Virus record (IMG/VR): IMGVR_UViG_3300031132_000335
DNA: 64,000 nt
Source: an uncultured virus (IMG/VR IMGVR_UViG_3300031132_000335)
Taxonomy: Duplodnaviria; Heunggongvirae; Uroviricota; Caudoviricetes
Strand: one strand, 5' to 3'
The notes under the pieces: generated by a model
The model's input: only the letters and a program-made list of their open reading frames with translations
What the model was told of the DNA's origin: nothing
Database searches by the model: none
Translations under genes and position numbers: made by a program
Shown here: one piece after another, positions 9,460 to 19,611 of the stretch
Numbering within the stretch: the first letter of the stretch is position 1
Layout of the letters: each line of letters opens with the position of its first letter

Positions 9460-10761
9460 ATGAACGATATGCTCTGTACGCAAAAGAACGACAGCTCCTT
9501 CCCTGGTGTGTGGGATGAACTCATCTGGCGTGGGCTAGTGAAGATGAGCACTGATGACCAGGAACTCCGCAAGATTTTGAACGGCTCACCTGTGAGCTTC
9601 TACTGCGGATTTGACCCGACAGCTCCGTCCCTGCATGTTGGGAACCTGGTGCAGCTGCTGGTCATGCGACGCTTACAGCTTGCAGGTCACCATCCTGTTG
9701 CGCTGGTCGGTGGTTCCACTGGCCTCATCGGAGACCCTCGTCCAACTGCTGAGCGGGTACTTAACGATGAAGAGACCGTCTCTGGTTGGGTGGACAAGTT
9801 GCAGGCTCAGGTGGAGAAGTTTTTGAGCAACTCTGGCCCTGCGCCTGTGAAGCTCGTGAACAACCTGGACTGGTTCTCTGGTGTGAGCGCAATCAACTTC
9901 CTCCGCGATGTCGGGAAGTTCTTCCGAGTGAACACCATGCTCAAAAAGGATGCTGTGCGAACACGCTTAGAATCTGATGCTGGTATCAGCTTCACTGAGT
10001 TCTCATACCAGTTGCTGCAAGCTTCTGACTTCTTAGAGCTACACAAAAGCGAAGGCTGTGTCTTGCAGACTGGTGGAAGTGACCAGTGGGGCAACCTGAT
10101 TGGTGGAGTGGAGCTTGTTGGTCGTGCCACAGGTGACACTGTTCATGCTTTGGGGACTCCTCTGATTACGAACACGGATGGCACGAAGTTCGGTAAGAGT
10201 GAAGGCAACGCCATCTGGTTAGACCCCACAATGACTTCCCCGTTTGAGTTCTTCCAGTTCTGGATGAACACTGCTGACGCTGATGTCATTGACCGTGTGA
10301 AGGTCTTCACCTTTTTGAACCGAGCTGAGGTTCGTGAGTTGGAGCTTGAAGTTGATGAACGTCCTGGCGCTCGTGTCGCGCAGCGGAAGCTAGCGTTTGA
10401 AGTGACCGCACTGGTTCATGGTGTGGAAGCTGCGGAGAACGCTCAGGCTGTCAGTGGGGTCATGTTTGGTTCAGGAGACTTGGACATGTTGGATGTGAAG
10501 ACGCTAGCGGATGCCATGCAGAGCTTGAATGAGCCTGTTGAGGTTGAGGAGGGCCAGTCAACTGCGGAGGTAGCTGTTGCTGCTGGTGTTGCGTCTAGCC
10601 TTGGTGAAGCTCGGAGACTGATGAAGCAAAACGGTCTGACCTTCAACCATCGGAAGCTGGACTCTGACACGAAGCTGCATCAGAGTGACTTCATCAACGG
10701 GAAGTTCATGCTGGTGAAGAAGGGGAAGAAAACACTCGTGTCAGTCAGGGTAAAGGACTAA
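9460..10761 (+). CDS. tyrS: tyrosyl-tRNA synthetase
   Basis: YCGFDPTAPSLHVGN (HIGH), QTGGSDQWGN, KFGKS (KMSKS), C-terminal S4-like domain. Confidence 0.97.
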   Translation: MNDMLCTQKNDSSFPGVWDELIWRGLVKMSTDDQELRKILNGSPVSFYCGFDPTAPSLHVGNLVQLLVMRRLQLAGHHPVALVGGSTGLIGDPRPTAERVLNDEETVSGWVDKLQAQVEKFLSNSGPAPVKLVNNLDWFSGVSAINFLRDVGKFFRVNTMLKKDAVRTRLESDAGISFTEFSYQLLQASDFLELHKSEGCVLQTGGSDQWGNLIGGVELVGRATGDTVHALGTPLITNTDGTKFGKSEGNAIWLDPTMTSPFEFFQFWMNTADADVIDRVKVFTFLNRAEVRELELEVDERPGARVAQRKLAFEVTALVHGVEAAENAQAVSGVMFGSGDLDMLDVKTLADAMQSLNEPVEVEEGQSTAEVAVAAGVASSLGEARRLMKQNGLTFNHRKLDSDTKLHQSDFINGKFMLVKKGKKTLVSVRVKD

Positions 10762-10830
10762 AAAAGGGGCCTTCCTCAGAATCTTGGTATTCTTATCCCA
10801 GGATCGTAATTGAGGAAGGCCCCTTTCACT

Positions 10831-11229
10831 ATGAGTACAAGTTTCATCACACGGCGACGGAATTTGATTGAACCTAAACCGAAAAAATATAGAGAGCCTT
10901 TCTATTTCAGCGATATCTTCTCGGCAGATTTGATCGTAGGGATATTGATGATTCTACCGATGATGGCGATTATTGGAGTGACGATCTTCTATGTGATCCC
11001 AGCATTCCAGTACAAAATGGACCTCTCATCTTCCATACAATCAAAGTGCGGATTCACGCCTTACTCATCAGCAAAAGACAAAGGTCTTCGCCTTGATGAT
11101 GGGTCTGTTGGGTTCGTAACCATGAAGAGCGACGGTAAGAAAGTCCCAGTGGAGGTTACCCGCACTGAGAAGCGGCTCACGTTCACAAACTTTGAAAGCC
11201 ACGAGGCTCTGTGCACTGTTAAGCTGTGA
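10831..11229 (+). CDS. single-TM membrane protein
   Basis: Hydrophobic segment LIVGILMILPMMAIIGVTIFYV. Confidence 0.65.
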   Translation: MSTSFITRRRNLIEPKPKKYREPFYFSDIFSADLIVGILMILPMMAIIGVTIFYVIPAFQYKMDLSSSIQSKCGFTPYSSAKDKGLRLDDGSVGFVTMKSDGKKVPVEVTRTEKRLTFTNFESHEALCTVKL

Positions 11230-11321
11230 CTGAGCTGGTTGACAACAGCTGTTGGAGGAGCTAAGCTTCCCATGAGCTGATACCCCAGCTCAGCAACCTT
11301 CATCTCACAAAGGAACCTTCC

Positions 11322-12248
11322 GTGGCTGTGCGCAACTACTACCTGCTGATGTCAGTAGTCAACAATGAGCAGGACCCGAAGTACGACAACAGGTACGTTG
11401 TTGGCGCTCTGACGGACGGTGTGACGATTCTGCCGTTCATCGGTCGTACTCATGAGGAGGTTCGCGGCGAGGTCTTCAAGCTCCTTGGACAGACGGAAGA
11501 CCAGTACAACATCCGTACTCAGCATGGGCCGTCTCTCCGTGCGGAACACCCTGAGAACGTCGCTGTTGTACTTGGAATGCTGCCCCACGACCAGAACCGT
11601 TACGTGCGCGCTGTTCTGCGAGGCATTGGCGCTGACATCATGCTGGCTCACCCTCCTGTCATTGAGGAGGAGTCTGAGTCTGGTGACGAGGAGCTTCCGA
11701 ACAAGCTGACGGTGAGCAGCAAGAACGCCCGTAAGGTTGCGGTGGAGGTCTACACCGATGCTTCGGCTCCTGTGAACAACACGAAGCGCAGCCGAGGTGT
11801 GTACGGCTGGGTGCAGAAGGTGAACAAGTCCTCTGATGTCACCTTCCAGTTCGCCCCTGCGTCAGCTGACACTGACACCTTGGAAATTCGTGCCATCGTT
11901 GATGCTATCTCCCAGCACCTGAACTCTCACCATCTCATCATCCACTCTGACTCGCAGAACGCTATTGCTGTCTTCAACCGTTACGCACGGATGCAGTTCC
12001 GCGAGGTCACTGCTGAGTTGGAAAAGAAGTACCAGGTGGATGAGAAAGTAGCCTACCGCGTGATGCAGGCTATTCAGCGCCAGCAGGTTGAGCTGGTCTG
12101 GGTGAAGTCTCACCAGGACAACACGTGGAATGTGTGCGCTGACCAGATGGTTCGTTACGCTCGGGCGCGGATGCGTTCCACCAACGAATCAGCTGCCATT
12201 GCTGCGGAGGTCAAGCTGATGCTCACGAACCTCATCAACAATCGTTGA
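11322..12248 (+). CDS. RNase HI-domain protein with unknown N-terminal domain
   Basis: YTDAS, LEIRA, HSDSQ, WVKSH, NVCAD: catalytic DEDD intact. Confidence 0.85.
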   Translation: MAVRNYYLLMSVVNNEQDPKYDNRYVVGALTDGVTILPFIGRTHEEVRGEVFKLLGQTEDQYNIRTQHGPSLRAEHPENVAVVLGMLPHDQNRYVRAVLRGIGADIMLAHPPVIEEESESGDEELPNKLTVSSKNARKVAVEVYTDASAPVNNTKRSRGVYGWVQKVNKSSDVTFQFAPASADTDTLEIRAIVDAISQHLNSHHLIIHSDSQNAIAVFNRYARMQFREVTAELEKKYQVDEKVAYRVMQAIQRQQVELVWVKSHQDNTWNVCADQMVRYARARMRSTNESAAIAAEVKLMLTNLINNR

Positions 12249-12291
12249 ACTTAATGTAAAAAGACATGGAATACTAAAAGGAGGTAAGCTA

Positions 12292-13203
12292 ATGGCTGTG
12301 CGGGAGTACTATCTTCAAACATTGACTGTCAATGGCAGAAAAGAAGACCATGATAACTCCTACCTTGTTGCAGCGTTGACCGATGGAACGACAGTCATCC
12401 CGTTCATTGCGAAGACCTGGAAAACGCTCCGTCAGCAGCTGTACCGCCTGCTGGAAACAACAGCTCACCATTACATCATTCGGGTCTCTGACAGCTCGTT
12501 CTCTCATGCGAAGACTCCTCTGAACATCGTCTTCATGGGTGGTAGGTTGAGAGCTTCCAAGTCCATCTTCGTAGATGCCGTCCTCCGTGACATCGCAGCA
12601 GACATTCTCGTAGCTCACCCACCTCGGAAAGAGGCAGAGGGAAGACTTTCTCAGGAAAAGACAAAGCCTTCCCTCTCCATGAAGAATGTAAAGCGGGTTC
12701 GCATGGATGTCTACACTGACGCATCCATGCAAGCAGGGCATCAGACGGGCGTGTACGGCTGGATTCAAAAAACGGAGGACCAGTCAGAGCTACGGTTCAG
12801 CTTCACCATTGCTGGTGGAGACTCCAACGACTTAGAAGTCCGAGCCATCGCAGATGCTATTACTGAGTATCGTGACGTGTCAGAGCTGGTCATCCACACT
12901 GATTCCCAGCACGCCATCCAGCTTTTCAAAAAACTCAGCAGTAAGACCCGAGGGCAAATTCAATCTGCTTTGGTGAAGATGAAGCTCTCCGACAGAGTGG
13001 CCTCTCTGACAGCTCAGGCTCTCCATGCTCAGCAGGTCAAGTTGGTCTGGGTGAAGTCCCATCAGGACGACACCTGGAATGTCTGCGCTGACCAGATGGT
13101 TCGGTACGCTCGGGCGCGGGTCCGAACTGAGCCAAGTACGAAGCTAATTCATGAAGAGGTAAAGCTGATGTTGACAAACCTCCTCCACAATCGTCAGCTC
13201 TGA
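12292..13203 (+). CDS. RNase HI-domain protein, paralog
   Basis: YTDAS, LEVRA, HTDSQ, WVKSH, NVCAD. Confidence 0.85.
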   Translation: MAVREYYLQTLTVNGRKEDHDNSYLVAALTDGTTVIPFIAKTWKTLRQQLYRLLETTAHHYIIRVSDSSFSHAKTPLNIVFMGGRLRASKSIFVDAVLRDIAADILVAHPPRKEAEGRLSQEKTKPSLSMKNVKRVRMDVYTDASMQAGHQTGVYGWIQKTEDQSELRFSFTIAGGDSNDLEVRAIADAITEYRDVSELVIHTDSQHAIQLFKKLSSKTRGQIQSALVKMKLSDRVASLTAQALHAQQVKLVWVKSHQDDTWNVCADQMVRYARARVRTEPSTKLIHEEVKLMLTNLLHNRQL

Positions 13204-13308
13204 TGTAAAAAGACAAGGCAGTAGCTCCACAGCTGATTCCCGAGCTGTGGAGCTACTGCCTTGTTAGGAATGAAGATGTCCTCCTGATCGTATGAAAGGC
13301 TCCTTCTC

Positions 13309-13839
13309 ATGGCTGAACTTCCTCCTCAGTTCCACATCACATCCCGTGGTGAAGTGGATAGCTGCGATGCTCGTCGTCGTCCATGTCCTCTTGGCGGACA
13401 GCACTATGACACAAAGCAGCAGGCAGAGGAAGCGAACCTGTTGAAGAAGCAGGTGGAACAGCGTCTCCGTGAGCGCAACAACACGATCAACTGCAACCAA
13501 GAACGCCAGGTAGGAACTCGTCAGTTCATCAGCGTCAGTGACCGTCTCCGTCAGCAGGGAGTGAAAAGCATTCTTCGTACGGAACGCCCACAGGAGCAGT
13601 TCCTCCTCACCATGCAGGATGGCCGCAAGTTCTTCTTAGAACTGGAAGAGATGCCTCGTACCCACCAAGACAACATGGCTAAAGGAGTTGTCGCTAGCCC
13701 CGAGTTCACAGCAGAGTTCGGTCAGTTCAGCCGGTCTTGGACGATGCAACCAAAGATGCGGTTCGTAGACCGGTTACATCAGCAGCTCCTGAACGCTCGC
13801 TTCTTCTCCGCACCGGTCAGAACACCCCAACTGGCGTGA
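13309..13839 (+). CDS. HCCH N-terminal module + unknown C-terminal domain
   Basis: FHITSRGEVDSCDARRRPCPLGGQHYDTKQQA. Confidence 0.7.
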   Translation: MAELPPQFHITSRGEVDSCDARRRPCPLGGQHYDTKQQAEEANLLKKQVEQRLRERNNTINCNQERQVGTRQFISVSDRLRQQGVKSILRTERPQEQFLLTMQDGRKFFLELEEMPRTHQDNMAKGVVASPEFTAEFGQFSRSWTMQPKMRFVDRLHQQLLNARFFSAPVRTPQLA

Positions 13840-13908
13840 GCTCCTACAGTTTCTGCGAGCTCTCTACCCCCTAACTCTTCTTCTTTTTGAAATGAGCCCA
13901 TCTCCATC

Positions 13909-14925
13909 ATGACTAAGTACCACATCTCTACCTCCGGTGAGCCCGTCCTATGCGAGGCAAGGATCAATCCTTGTCCTCGTGGGCATTTCGCTACGAAGCA
14001 GGAAGCTCGTGATTCTGAGCTGTTCAAAAAACAGCTGAGTTCACACTTGAAGACATCCGTTCCAGCTAGCCGGTCAGCCGGGTTCTCTGATGAAGAGCTG
14101 CGTAGCCGGTTGACTGGGATGAAGAAAGTTGATGCTAAAGAAGTTCAAGACCTTCTAGATGAGTTCAACGATGGCGGAGACCGAGTGTTTTTACCAGGCT
14201 CTCTTCGTCTCAACAATGCAAGGAAGTCCGTCATCGGAAGCTTCACCGGCATTGAAGATGGCCGGCGATATGAAGTGCAGATCACTGCGGGGAAGTTTTT
14301 GATGGTGTACGACAGCTACGAGAACGATGATGAAGATGAAGAGGCATTCCTGACTGAGGCTCGCGCGAAAGTCAGCAGAGAGATGGAAGAACTGGACTAC
14401 TCTGAGACCATTACCCGCCCTGGTCAGGAAGGATGGGAGACCGATGTGGTGGCTGACAACCTGTTCCAGCTCATGGAAGACGTGCAGGATGGTCGTGACT
14501 GGAACCATGACACAGGAGCTGCGGAGTTCATGTACTTCGGGGAAGCCTTCTCCGACATCAACATGAACCTGCGTAACGGTGACCGTCTCAATAAAAACTT
14601 AGTAGCTACACTGGATAGGTCAATGGAAAAAGACACGCTGACTGAACCTGTGACCGTATACCGTGGTGTACGGATAAGTAACGAGGCAACTCGTCAAAAG
14701 TTAGTCAGTGGAAGCTACTCAGACCCTGCGTACTTATCAACGTCCACGGATGAGCAGACAGCTCGGAGCTTCGCTGGTGGTGGGAAGCGGCCTGGGTTAG
14801 TGATGAAGCTCACATTGCCTGCTGGTACACAATGCCGTGACCAACGCGATGATACAGAACAAGAAATCACGCTTCCTCGGAATTTTGACCTGTCCTCAGC
14901 GGAATGGATTGCAATAGGGGAATGA
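13909..14925 (+). CDS. HCCH module + VIP2-like ADP-ribosyltransferase
   Basis: YHISTSGEPVLCEARINPCPRGH; INMNLR, VYRG, YLSTS, EQEITLPR (R-S-E ART). Confidence 0.85.
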   Translation: MTKYHISTSGEPVLCEARINPCPRGHFATKQEARDSELFKKQLSSHLKTSVPASRSAGFSDEELRSRLTGMKKVDAKEVQDLLDEFNDGGDRVFLPGSLRLNNARKSVIGSFTGIEDGRRYEVQITAGKFLMVYDSYENDDEDEEAFLTEARAKVSREMEELDYSETITRPGQEGWETDVVADNLFQLMEDVQDGRDWNHDTGAAEFMYFGEAFSDINMNLRNGDRLNKNLVATLDRSMEKDTLTEPVTVYRGVRISNEATRQKLVSGSYSDPAYLSTSTDEQTARSFAGGGKRPGLVMKLTLPAGTQCRDQRDDTEQEITLPRNFDLSSAEWIAIGE

Positions 14926-14926
14926 G

Positions 14927-14972
14927 AAAAGGGAAGAGGCGCTACCGCATCTGGTAGCGCCTCTTCCCTTTT
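14927..14972. terminator. bidirectional terminator between convergent genes
   Basis: AAAAGGGAAGAGGCGCTACC/GGTAGCGCCTCTTCCCTTTT. Confidence 0.8.
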
Positions 14973-14979
14973 GCTGAAA

Positions 14980-15261
14980 TCAAATCCAGCGGTCGTCCGT
15001 CTCATCCTCACGCCCGAGCGCGATGTACACCTTACGAGTGACGTTCGCGGAAACTCCGCCACCAGCAGCGACGCTCCACAGGAGGTTGCGGAACTGGTCT
15101 GCACGCTTCTGAGCCTGGGCCTGGTGCTTGTTCTCTGCCGTCAGGATGGCCACCAGGCGGTCTTCCGTCTCCTGGTCGTACCCGAAGCGGGCGTAGGTCT
15201 GTCGGGCGACTTCCAGAGCTTCCTGGGCCTGCTCAGCGGTGGTCTTGATGATGGTAGCCAT
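14980..15261 (-). CDS. hypothetical protein
   Basis: SD AAGGAGAG; TTGACA promoter. Confidence 0.7.
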   Translation of the reverse strand: MATIIKTTAEQAQEALEVARQTYARFGYDQETEDRLVAILTAENKHQAQAQKRADQFRNLLWSVAAGGGVSANVTRKVYIALGREDETDDRWI

Positions 15262-15424
15262 TGGTTCTCTCCTTGACTGGGATGAAGTGATGAGCGGTCT
15301 CTCTTTCCGCCTACTCTTTGATCCTACTACCTCTGTTGCAGGTGTGTCAACAGCATCAGGAAATTCTCAGACTGTAACATCAGTCGGGGAAGGACGAGAG
15401 ATTCCTCTTCCTTCCCCGACTGGT

Positions 15425-15697
15425 TCAGTGCGCGTTGATGAGGAGCATCGGCTTCTCAAAAGTCTCATGCGAGTCCATGAGGAGGAAGAGGTTCGCCTTG
15501 TTGGTGTTGATGTTCAGGAGGTAGTTCACCACGGTGTCAGCCTTCTTGATGACGATGTGCACGTCACCATCAGCGTCACGGAGCAGGTCCCAGTTGTTCA
15601 GGTCCATGACCTCACCGTAGTTGTGGATGAGCGGTGCTCCATCGTTCACGAGTTCCTCATAGGAACGGTAGCGGGGCTGAGCGATTGCGGTTTCCAT
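15425..15697 (-). CDS. hypothetical protein
   Basis: SD AAGGAGAG before METAIAQ. Confidence 0.7.
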   Translation of the reverse strand: METAIAQPRYRSYEELVNDGAPLIHNYGEVMDLNNWDLLRDADGDVHIVIKKADTVVNYLLNINTNKANLFLLMDSHETFEKPMLLINAH

Positions 15698-15824
15698 GTG
15701 TCTCTCCTTTGTCTTCAAGGCTTCTCTCCGACCTTGATGAGTACAGGCTATCAGAGGCCACCGACATCCGAAAAAGAAAGAGAGGGGAGTGCGCAGAGAA
15801 CAATTCTGCGCACTCCCCTCTCTT

Positions 15825-16190
15825 TCAGATTCCCTGACGTTCCGAGTGAGTTAGAAACTCCGAAATATCCCAGTTAAGCTTGACATCCTGGATGAACGTA
15901 AGCATTGCATCCCCGAACAAAATTTGAAGAGGGAGCAGGCCAGGGATGACTACGGTACCACGGTTGGTGAGAAAATCGTACTCCATCTGCACGAACACGT
16001 GACTGATGCGGTCAGGAATATACTCGTACAGAATAGGCCAGTCTTCCTTCAACGGCCTCGTAGGAACATTGAAGGTGTTGATGACGAGCTGCGGAGTCGG
16101 GGATTCCAGAGTAAGAAGGTTATCCCCGCGAATGAACTGCTTCTTGTACATACGCTTTCCAATGGTTGGAGGATGTTGATTACTTGACAC
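15825..16190 (-). CDS. hypothetical protein
   Basis: ORF ending at a hairpin; start uncertain. Confidence 0.5.
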   Translation of the reverse strand: MSSNQHPPTIGKRMYKKQFIRGDNLLTLESPTPQLVINTFNVPTRPLKEDWPILYEYIPDRISHVFVQMEYDFLTNRGTVVIPGLLPLQILFGDAMLTFIQDVKLNWDISEFLTHSERQGI

Positions 16191-16203
16191 CCTACACTAT
16201 GGT

Positions 16204-16470
16204 TTACTCCTGCGCAACAGGTTCCAGATTTCCAATGAACTGACTGTTGAAGCGGTGCATGTCGTCAGGGTCTCGCATGGTTTCTACTTCAATGATTTCC
16301 CACTGTGCAGTGTTACCTGATTGCATATCAACAAGGAGCACGTCTCCAACATATAATCGCTGCTCATTGAAAGCAAAGCCACTCATCTGAGCTTTCTCCC
16401 TATTAATTTCAAGCATCTGTAAGGAGTAGCCCCAGCGGCGCTTGGCGGTGGAGTAATCGTACACAGTCAT
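16204..16470 (-). CDS. hypothetical protein
   Basis: SD GAGGGG. Confidence 0.65.
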   Translation of the reverse strand: MTVYDYSTAKRRWGYSLQMLEINREKAQMSGFAFNEQRLYVGDVLLVDMQSGNTAQWEIIEVETMRDPDDMHRFNSQFIGNLEPVAQE

Positions 16471-16620
16471 GGTTGTCCCCTCTTGTTCTGTATCACCTCA
16501 GTATACACGAGTAATATTTCTGATGTAAGAAAGTAGAGATAGGCTGGTAGAAGGACGCAAAAGCTATTCTGATCTGGGATTTTGGTTGATTTTGTCAGTT
16601 GGGTATGATATACTAAGCTT

Positions 16621-17049
16621 ATGATTGACTTCAAGATGCAGGATGACACGCTGACAAAGCGACAGGCTGAGTACCTCCACTTGGTGAGCTATGCACAGGA
16701 CCGCGTTCTCAGCGCTTCATTCTCAGATGTAGCTCAGGCGAAGGCTGAGTACGAAGCGCTGGTGAACCGCGCTGATGAGTTCTTCGGTGAAGGTACCATC
16801 AAAGAGTCAGAGAAGGCCATGTCATACGGCTGGATGCTGGACACGTTGAGCCAGGAAGTTCTCAGTGCTGTACACTCAATGGTCGCTGCTCGGGATGCTG
16901 GGAGTGTTTCCGAGTTTACCCAGTACGCAGACTACTACTCTCTCTACCTGTGGGAGGACAAGGCTCTCAGCAAGTACATGATTGGTTACCAGCCTGCTGA
17001 GTTCTTTACTGACGACGAATACCGTGAGGCTGTCAAAGCATTCGGATAA
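16621..17049 (+). CDS. hypothetical protein
   Basis: Leaderless TATACT-N6-ATG. Confidence 0.7.
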   Translation: MIDFKMQDDTLTKRQAEYLHLVSYAQDRVLSASFSDVAQAKAEYEALVNRADEFFGEGTIKESEKAMSYGWMLDTLSQEVLSAVHSMVAARDAGSVSEFTQYADYYSLYLWEDKALSKYMIGYQPAEFFTDDEYREAVKAFG

Positions 17050-17109
17050 AGACATGAAGAAGCCCTCCTCTACTTTTTGAGAGGAGGGCTTCTTCATGAG
17101 TATCAGGAC

Positions 17110-17529
17110 TTACAGGTCATACTCGTCCAGTGCCGAGACCTGGTGGTCACGGTCCAGCTCAAACGTGTACTTGACGTTCTCAGCCCCGTACTTACCAACA
17201 GCGAACTCGTAGAAGTCCGACCAGACAGTGCCGAGACGGAAACGAGCAATCTCAGCCCATCCGTCCAGCTCACGCATGTGCAGAACGTACTCACCTCCAA
17301 GGAGTGGAATCTTGCCATCCTCCTCGGTGTAGACCTTCACGCTGCGTCCCAGGAAGTCATCATGCTCCTCAATCGGAGCGTTCTCTGCCACGTCAGCGAC
17401 GAAGACGAGGATTTCCTTTGCGCGCTCGGGAGTCTCTGCCTCAACGAAGACCTTACGGTTGTCCTTGTCTCGCGTGGTGTAGATGCTCTTGCCTGCGAGC
17501 TTACGGGTCTCTTCTGCCATGCTTACCAT
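17110..17529 (-). CDS. hypothetical protein
   Basis: SD GAGGAG. Confidence 0.7.
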   Translation of the reverse strand: MVSMAEETRKLAGKSIYTTRDKDNRKVFVEAETPERAKEILVFVADVAENAPIEEHDDFLGRSVKVYTEEDGKIPLLGGEYVLHMRELDGWAEIARFRLGTVWSDFYEFAVGKYGAENVKYTFELDRDHQVSALDEYDL

Positions 17530-17660
17530 TGGATTCTCCTCATTGGTTGGTCAAGAACTGAATGTTTTGAGGCTATCACGTCTTTGAATCTTCGTCAACC
17601 AGGTTCGCTCTGTATCGGAGGACTTTTTCTACTACTTCACGATTAGCGAAGCTAAGGGTG

Positions 17661-18026
17661 TTAGAGGATGCGAGCGAACGCATCCATAGCGATGAGGTAG
17701 TCCATAGCCTGGGTGTAACCAGCGATGAAGAACTCACGGGTCATGCGGTACTCAACCGTGGCGAGGTTGCTCGCGCTGCCACCAGCGTAGAAAAGGTCCC
17801 ACGTGGTAGCGGCAAGGGCGCGGAACTCGCGGTTCGTACGGTGGGCGTTTACCCCCGCATCGTTGAAATTCAGAAGAGCAAGAAGGTAGCCATCCTTGTA
17901 GCCACTGGTGGCTGCATCAGCGAGAGTGTCGCCCATGCCTGCAAAATCCGCACGGAATGTCGCTTTGAAGTCATCCCATGCCTTGTTGGCAATGTCCGTC
18001 ATCTGGGTTTGCGTGTAGCGGGTCAT
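17661..18026 (-). CDS. hypothetical protein
   Basis: SD AGGAGG; TTGACA promoter. Confidence 0.7.
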   Translation of the reverse strand: MTRYTQTQMTDIANKAWDDFKATFRADFAGMGDTLADAATSGYKDGYLLALLNFNDAGVNAHRTNREFRALAATTWDLFYAGGSASNLATVEYRMTREFFIAGYTQAMDYLIAMDAFARIL

Positions 18027-18102
18027 AATACCCTCCTAATTGGCGTTCCTGTCTTGCTTGTATGTTTATCATAGCACACAGATACGCGAAGGTGTCAACC
18101 TT

Positions 18103-18255
18103 CTACGACAGATTAGGGTTCTGTGGGCGTTTGTCTTCCGCCTCAGAGTAGCTTAGCTTCGCACTCTGGATAACTTCGTACGGAAGCTGCTTCCCTGACA
18201 GGCGAGCTAAGGCAACACGCGCTTTCGCTCGCGCAATCTGTTCAACGGTCACCAT
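18103..18255 (-). CDS. small protein (50 aa, not in ORF track)
   Basis: SD AGGAG; MVTVEQIARAKARVALARLSGK... Confidence 0.55.
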   Translation of the reverse strand: MVTVEQIARAKARVALARLSGKQLPYEVIQSAKLSYSEAEDKRPQNPNLS

Positions 18256-18325
18256 TAGTATTCTCCTGCCCATTAATGCTTATTGCCTGAGGTTAGCATA
18301 TTCACTAACCTCAGGCAATAAAAGC

Positions 18326-18619
18326 TTACTCGTAGATGACCTTCGTGACGGTCTTCGGGAAGACCTCGCGCGGGGCAAGGATGTCAGCCGAAGTCTGGTC
18401 GTAGAAGTTGTAGTCACCAGACCAGTGAATCCACTGGAAGACAATTCGGACGAAGCGGCTGTCAGGAGTACGAACGATGACACTGTGCAGGTCTTCGTGT
18501 TCCTCAGCTGAGATGAGTTCCGTCTGCACAACAGTGTAGCCGTCCAGCTCCTGGTTCCCATCACGGAGGTTCATGCGGTCCAGAACGTGGAAGTCAATGT
18601 CCAGAGTTGCGGTAGCCAT
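18326..18619 (-). CDS. hypothetical protein
   Basis: Paralog of 18744-19022 (VRT.D..APREVFP..YE). Confidence 0.7.
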   Translation of the reverse strand: MATATLDIDFHVLDRMNLRDGNQELDGYTVVQTELISAEEHEDLHSVIVRTPDSRFVRIVFQWIHWSGDYNFYDQTSADILAPREVFPKTVTKVIYE

Positions 18620-18743
18620 GTGTTGTGTCTCCTTCAAAAAGTTCGGCAAGATGTTTGCCTGTATCCAGTGTAGGGGTTCTCCCACTACCTGTCAACCAGG
18701 GAACCTGAGTTTACGCTGAGAGACTCAGGTTCCCTGGTTCAGC

Positions 18744-19022
18744 TTACTCGTACTGCTCAAAAGGGAAGACCTCGCGCGGAGCGAAGTCAGCAGCCAGCGG
18801 AACTCCGAAATCAATGCCCTCAAAGAAGTCGTAGTCATCAGTGTCGGTGTTCCACGAGAAGTGGATGAGGAAGTAACGACCCTCATCAGTGCGGACGACA
18901 GACGTGTAGAGCCAGTCACTCTCATCTGAGAGGACGCTGTTTGTCATCGTCATGTAGCCGCCGTAAGTAAAGCCCTCCTCCGTGAGGTTCAGCTGACTCA
19001 CAGTTGCGAAATCCAGACGCAT
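18744..19022 (-). CDS. hypothetical protein
   Basis: Paralog of 18326-18619. Confidence 0.7.
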   Translation of the reverse strand: MRLDFATVSQLNLTEEGFTYGGYMTMTNSVLSDESDWLYTSVVRTDEGRYFLIHFSWNTDTDDYDFFEGIDFGVPLAADFAPREVFPFEQYE

Positions 19023-19104
19023 GTTCATTCCTTCAAAAATTGATGATGAGCAGTTGCTCGGATCAAGCCTACATATAGCAGACTCACTTGTCAAGAGATG
19101 GTAT

Positions 19105-19491
19105 TTACGCTGCGGCAGCGTCCAGAACCTTCTGAACCCAGTCAGCTGGTTCCTCACCGTGCCAGAGACTTTCATTGGAGATGCTGGCTCCACCGTCTGC
19201 CCATGAGCAAATGAAGACGCTTCCGTCCCAGTTGTATTCCTCAACCAGGTCTTCCACATCAAAGACACCCTTCCAGCGCTCAGTCCAGGAATCCTCATCC
19301 CAGAGACCTTCAATGTCCAGAATCTGGCCGTCAGGGGTACGGACGGCAGCGTGGACGAACTCCCAGTCTTCGGGACCAGAGACCGTCACAACGGTATAGC
19401 CAGTGGCGTTGTGAAGTGCGATGGCCAGCTCAACGCAGTCACCGCGAGTGAACGCTTCAACAACGTTCTCGGGGAAAGAGAAGTGCTTCAT
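19105..19491 (-). CDS. putative Cys-His-Asp protein
   Basis: FPENVV.AFT.GDCVELAIAL..VHAA..LDIEG; paralog of 1433-1831. Confidence 0.6.
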   Translation of the reverse strand: MKHFSFPENVVEAFTRGDCVELAIALHNATGYTVVTVSGPEDWEFVHAAVRTPDGQILDIEGLWDEDSWTERWKGVFDVEDLVEEYNWDGSVFICSWADGGASISNESLWHGEEPADWVQKVLDAAAA

Positions 19492-19611
19492 GATGACTCC
19501 TGGGATGGTCTTGGCTGGCTGGGTTGTGTTCAGCGTACATGAAAATGCCTGAGCCTGCAACAGATTCGTTGCAGGCTCAGGCAAAAGACAGGCTACTTAC
19601 AGGTTGAGTGA

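Noticed and set aside
11322..13203. Retroelement or DGR
   Set aside because: No reverse transcriptase motifs or template/variable repeat pair in the window.
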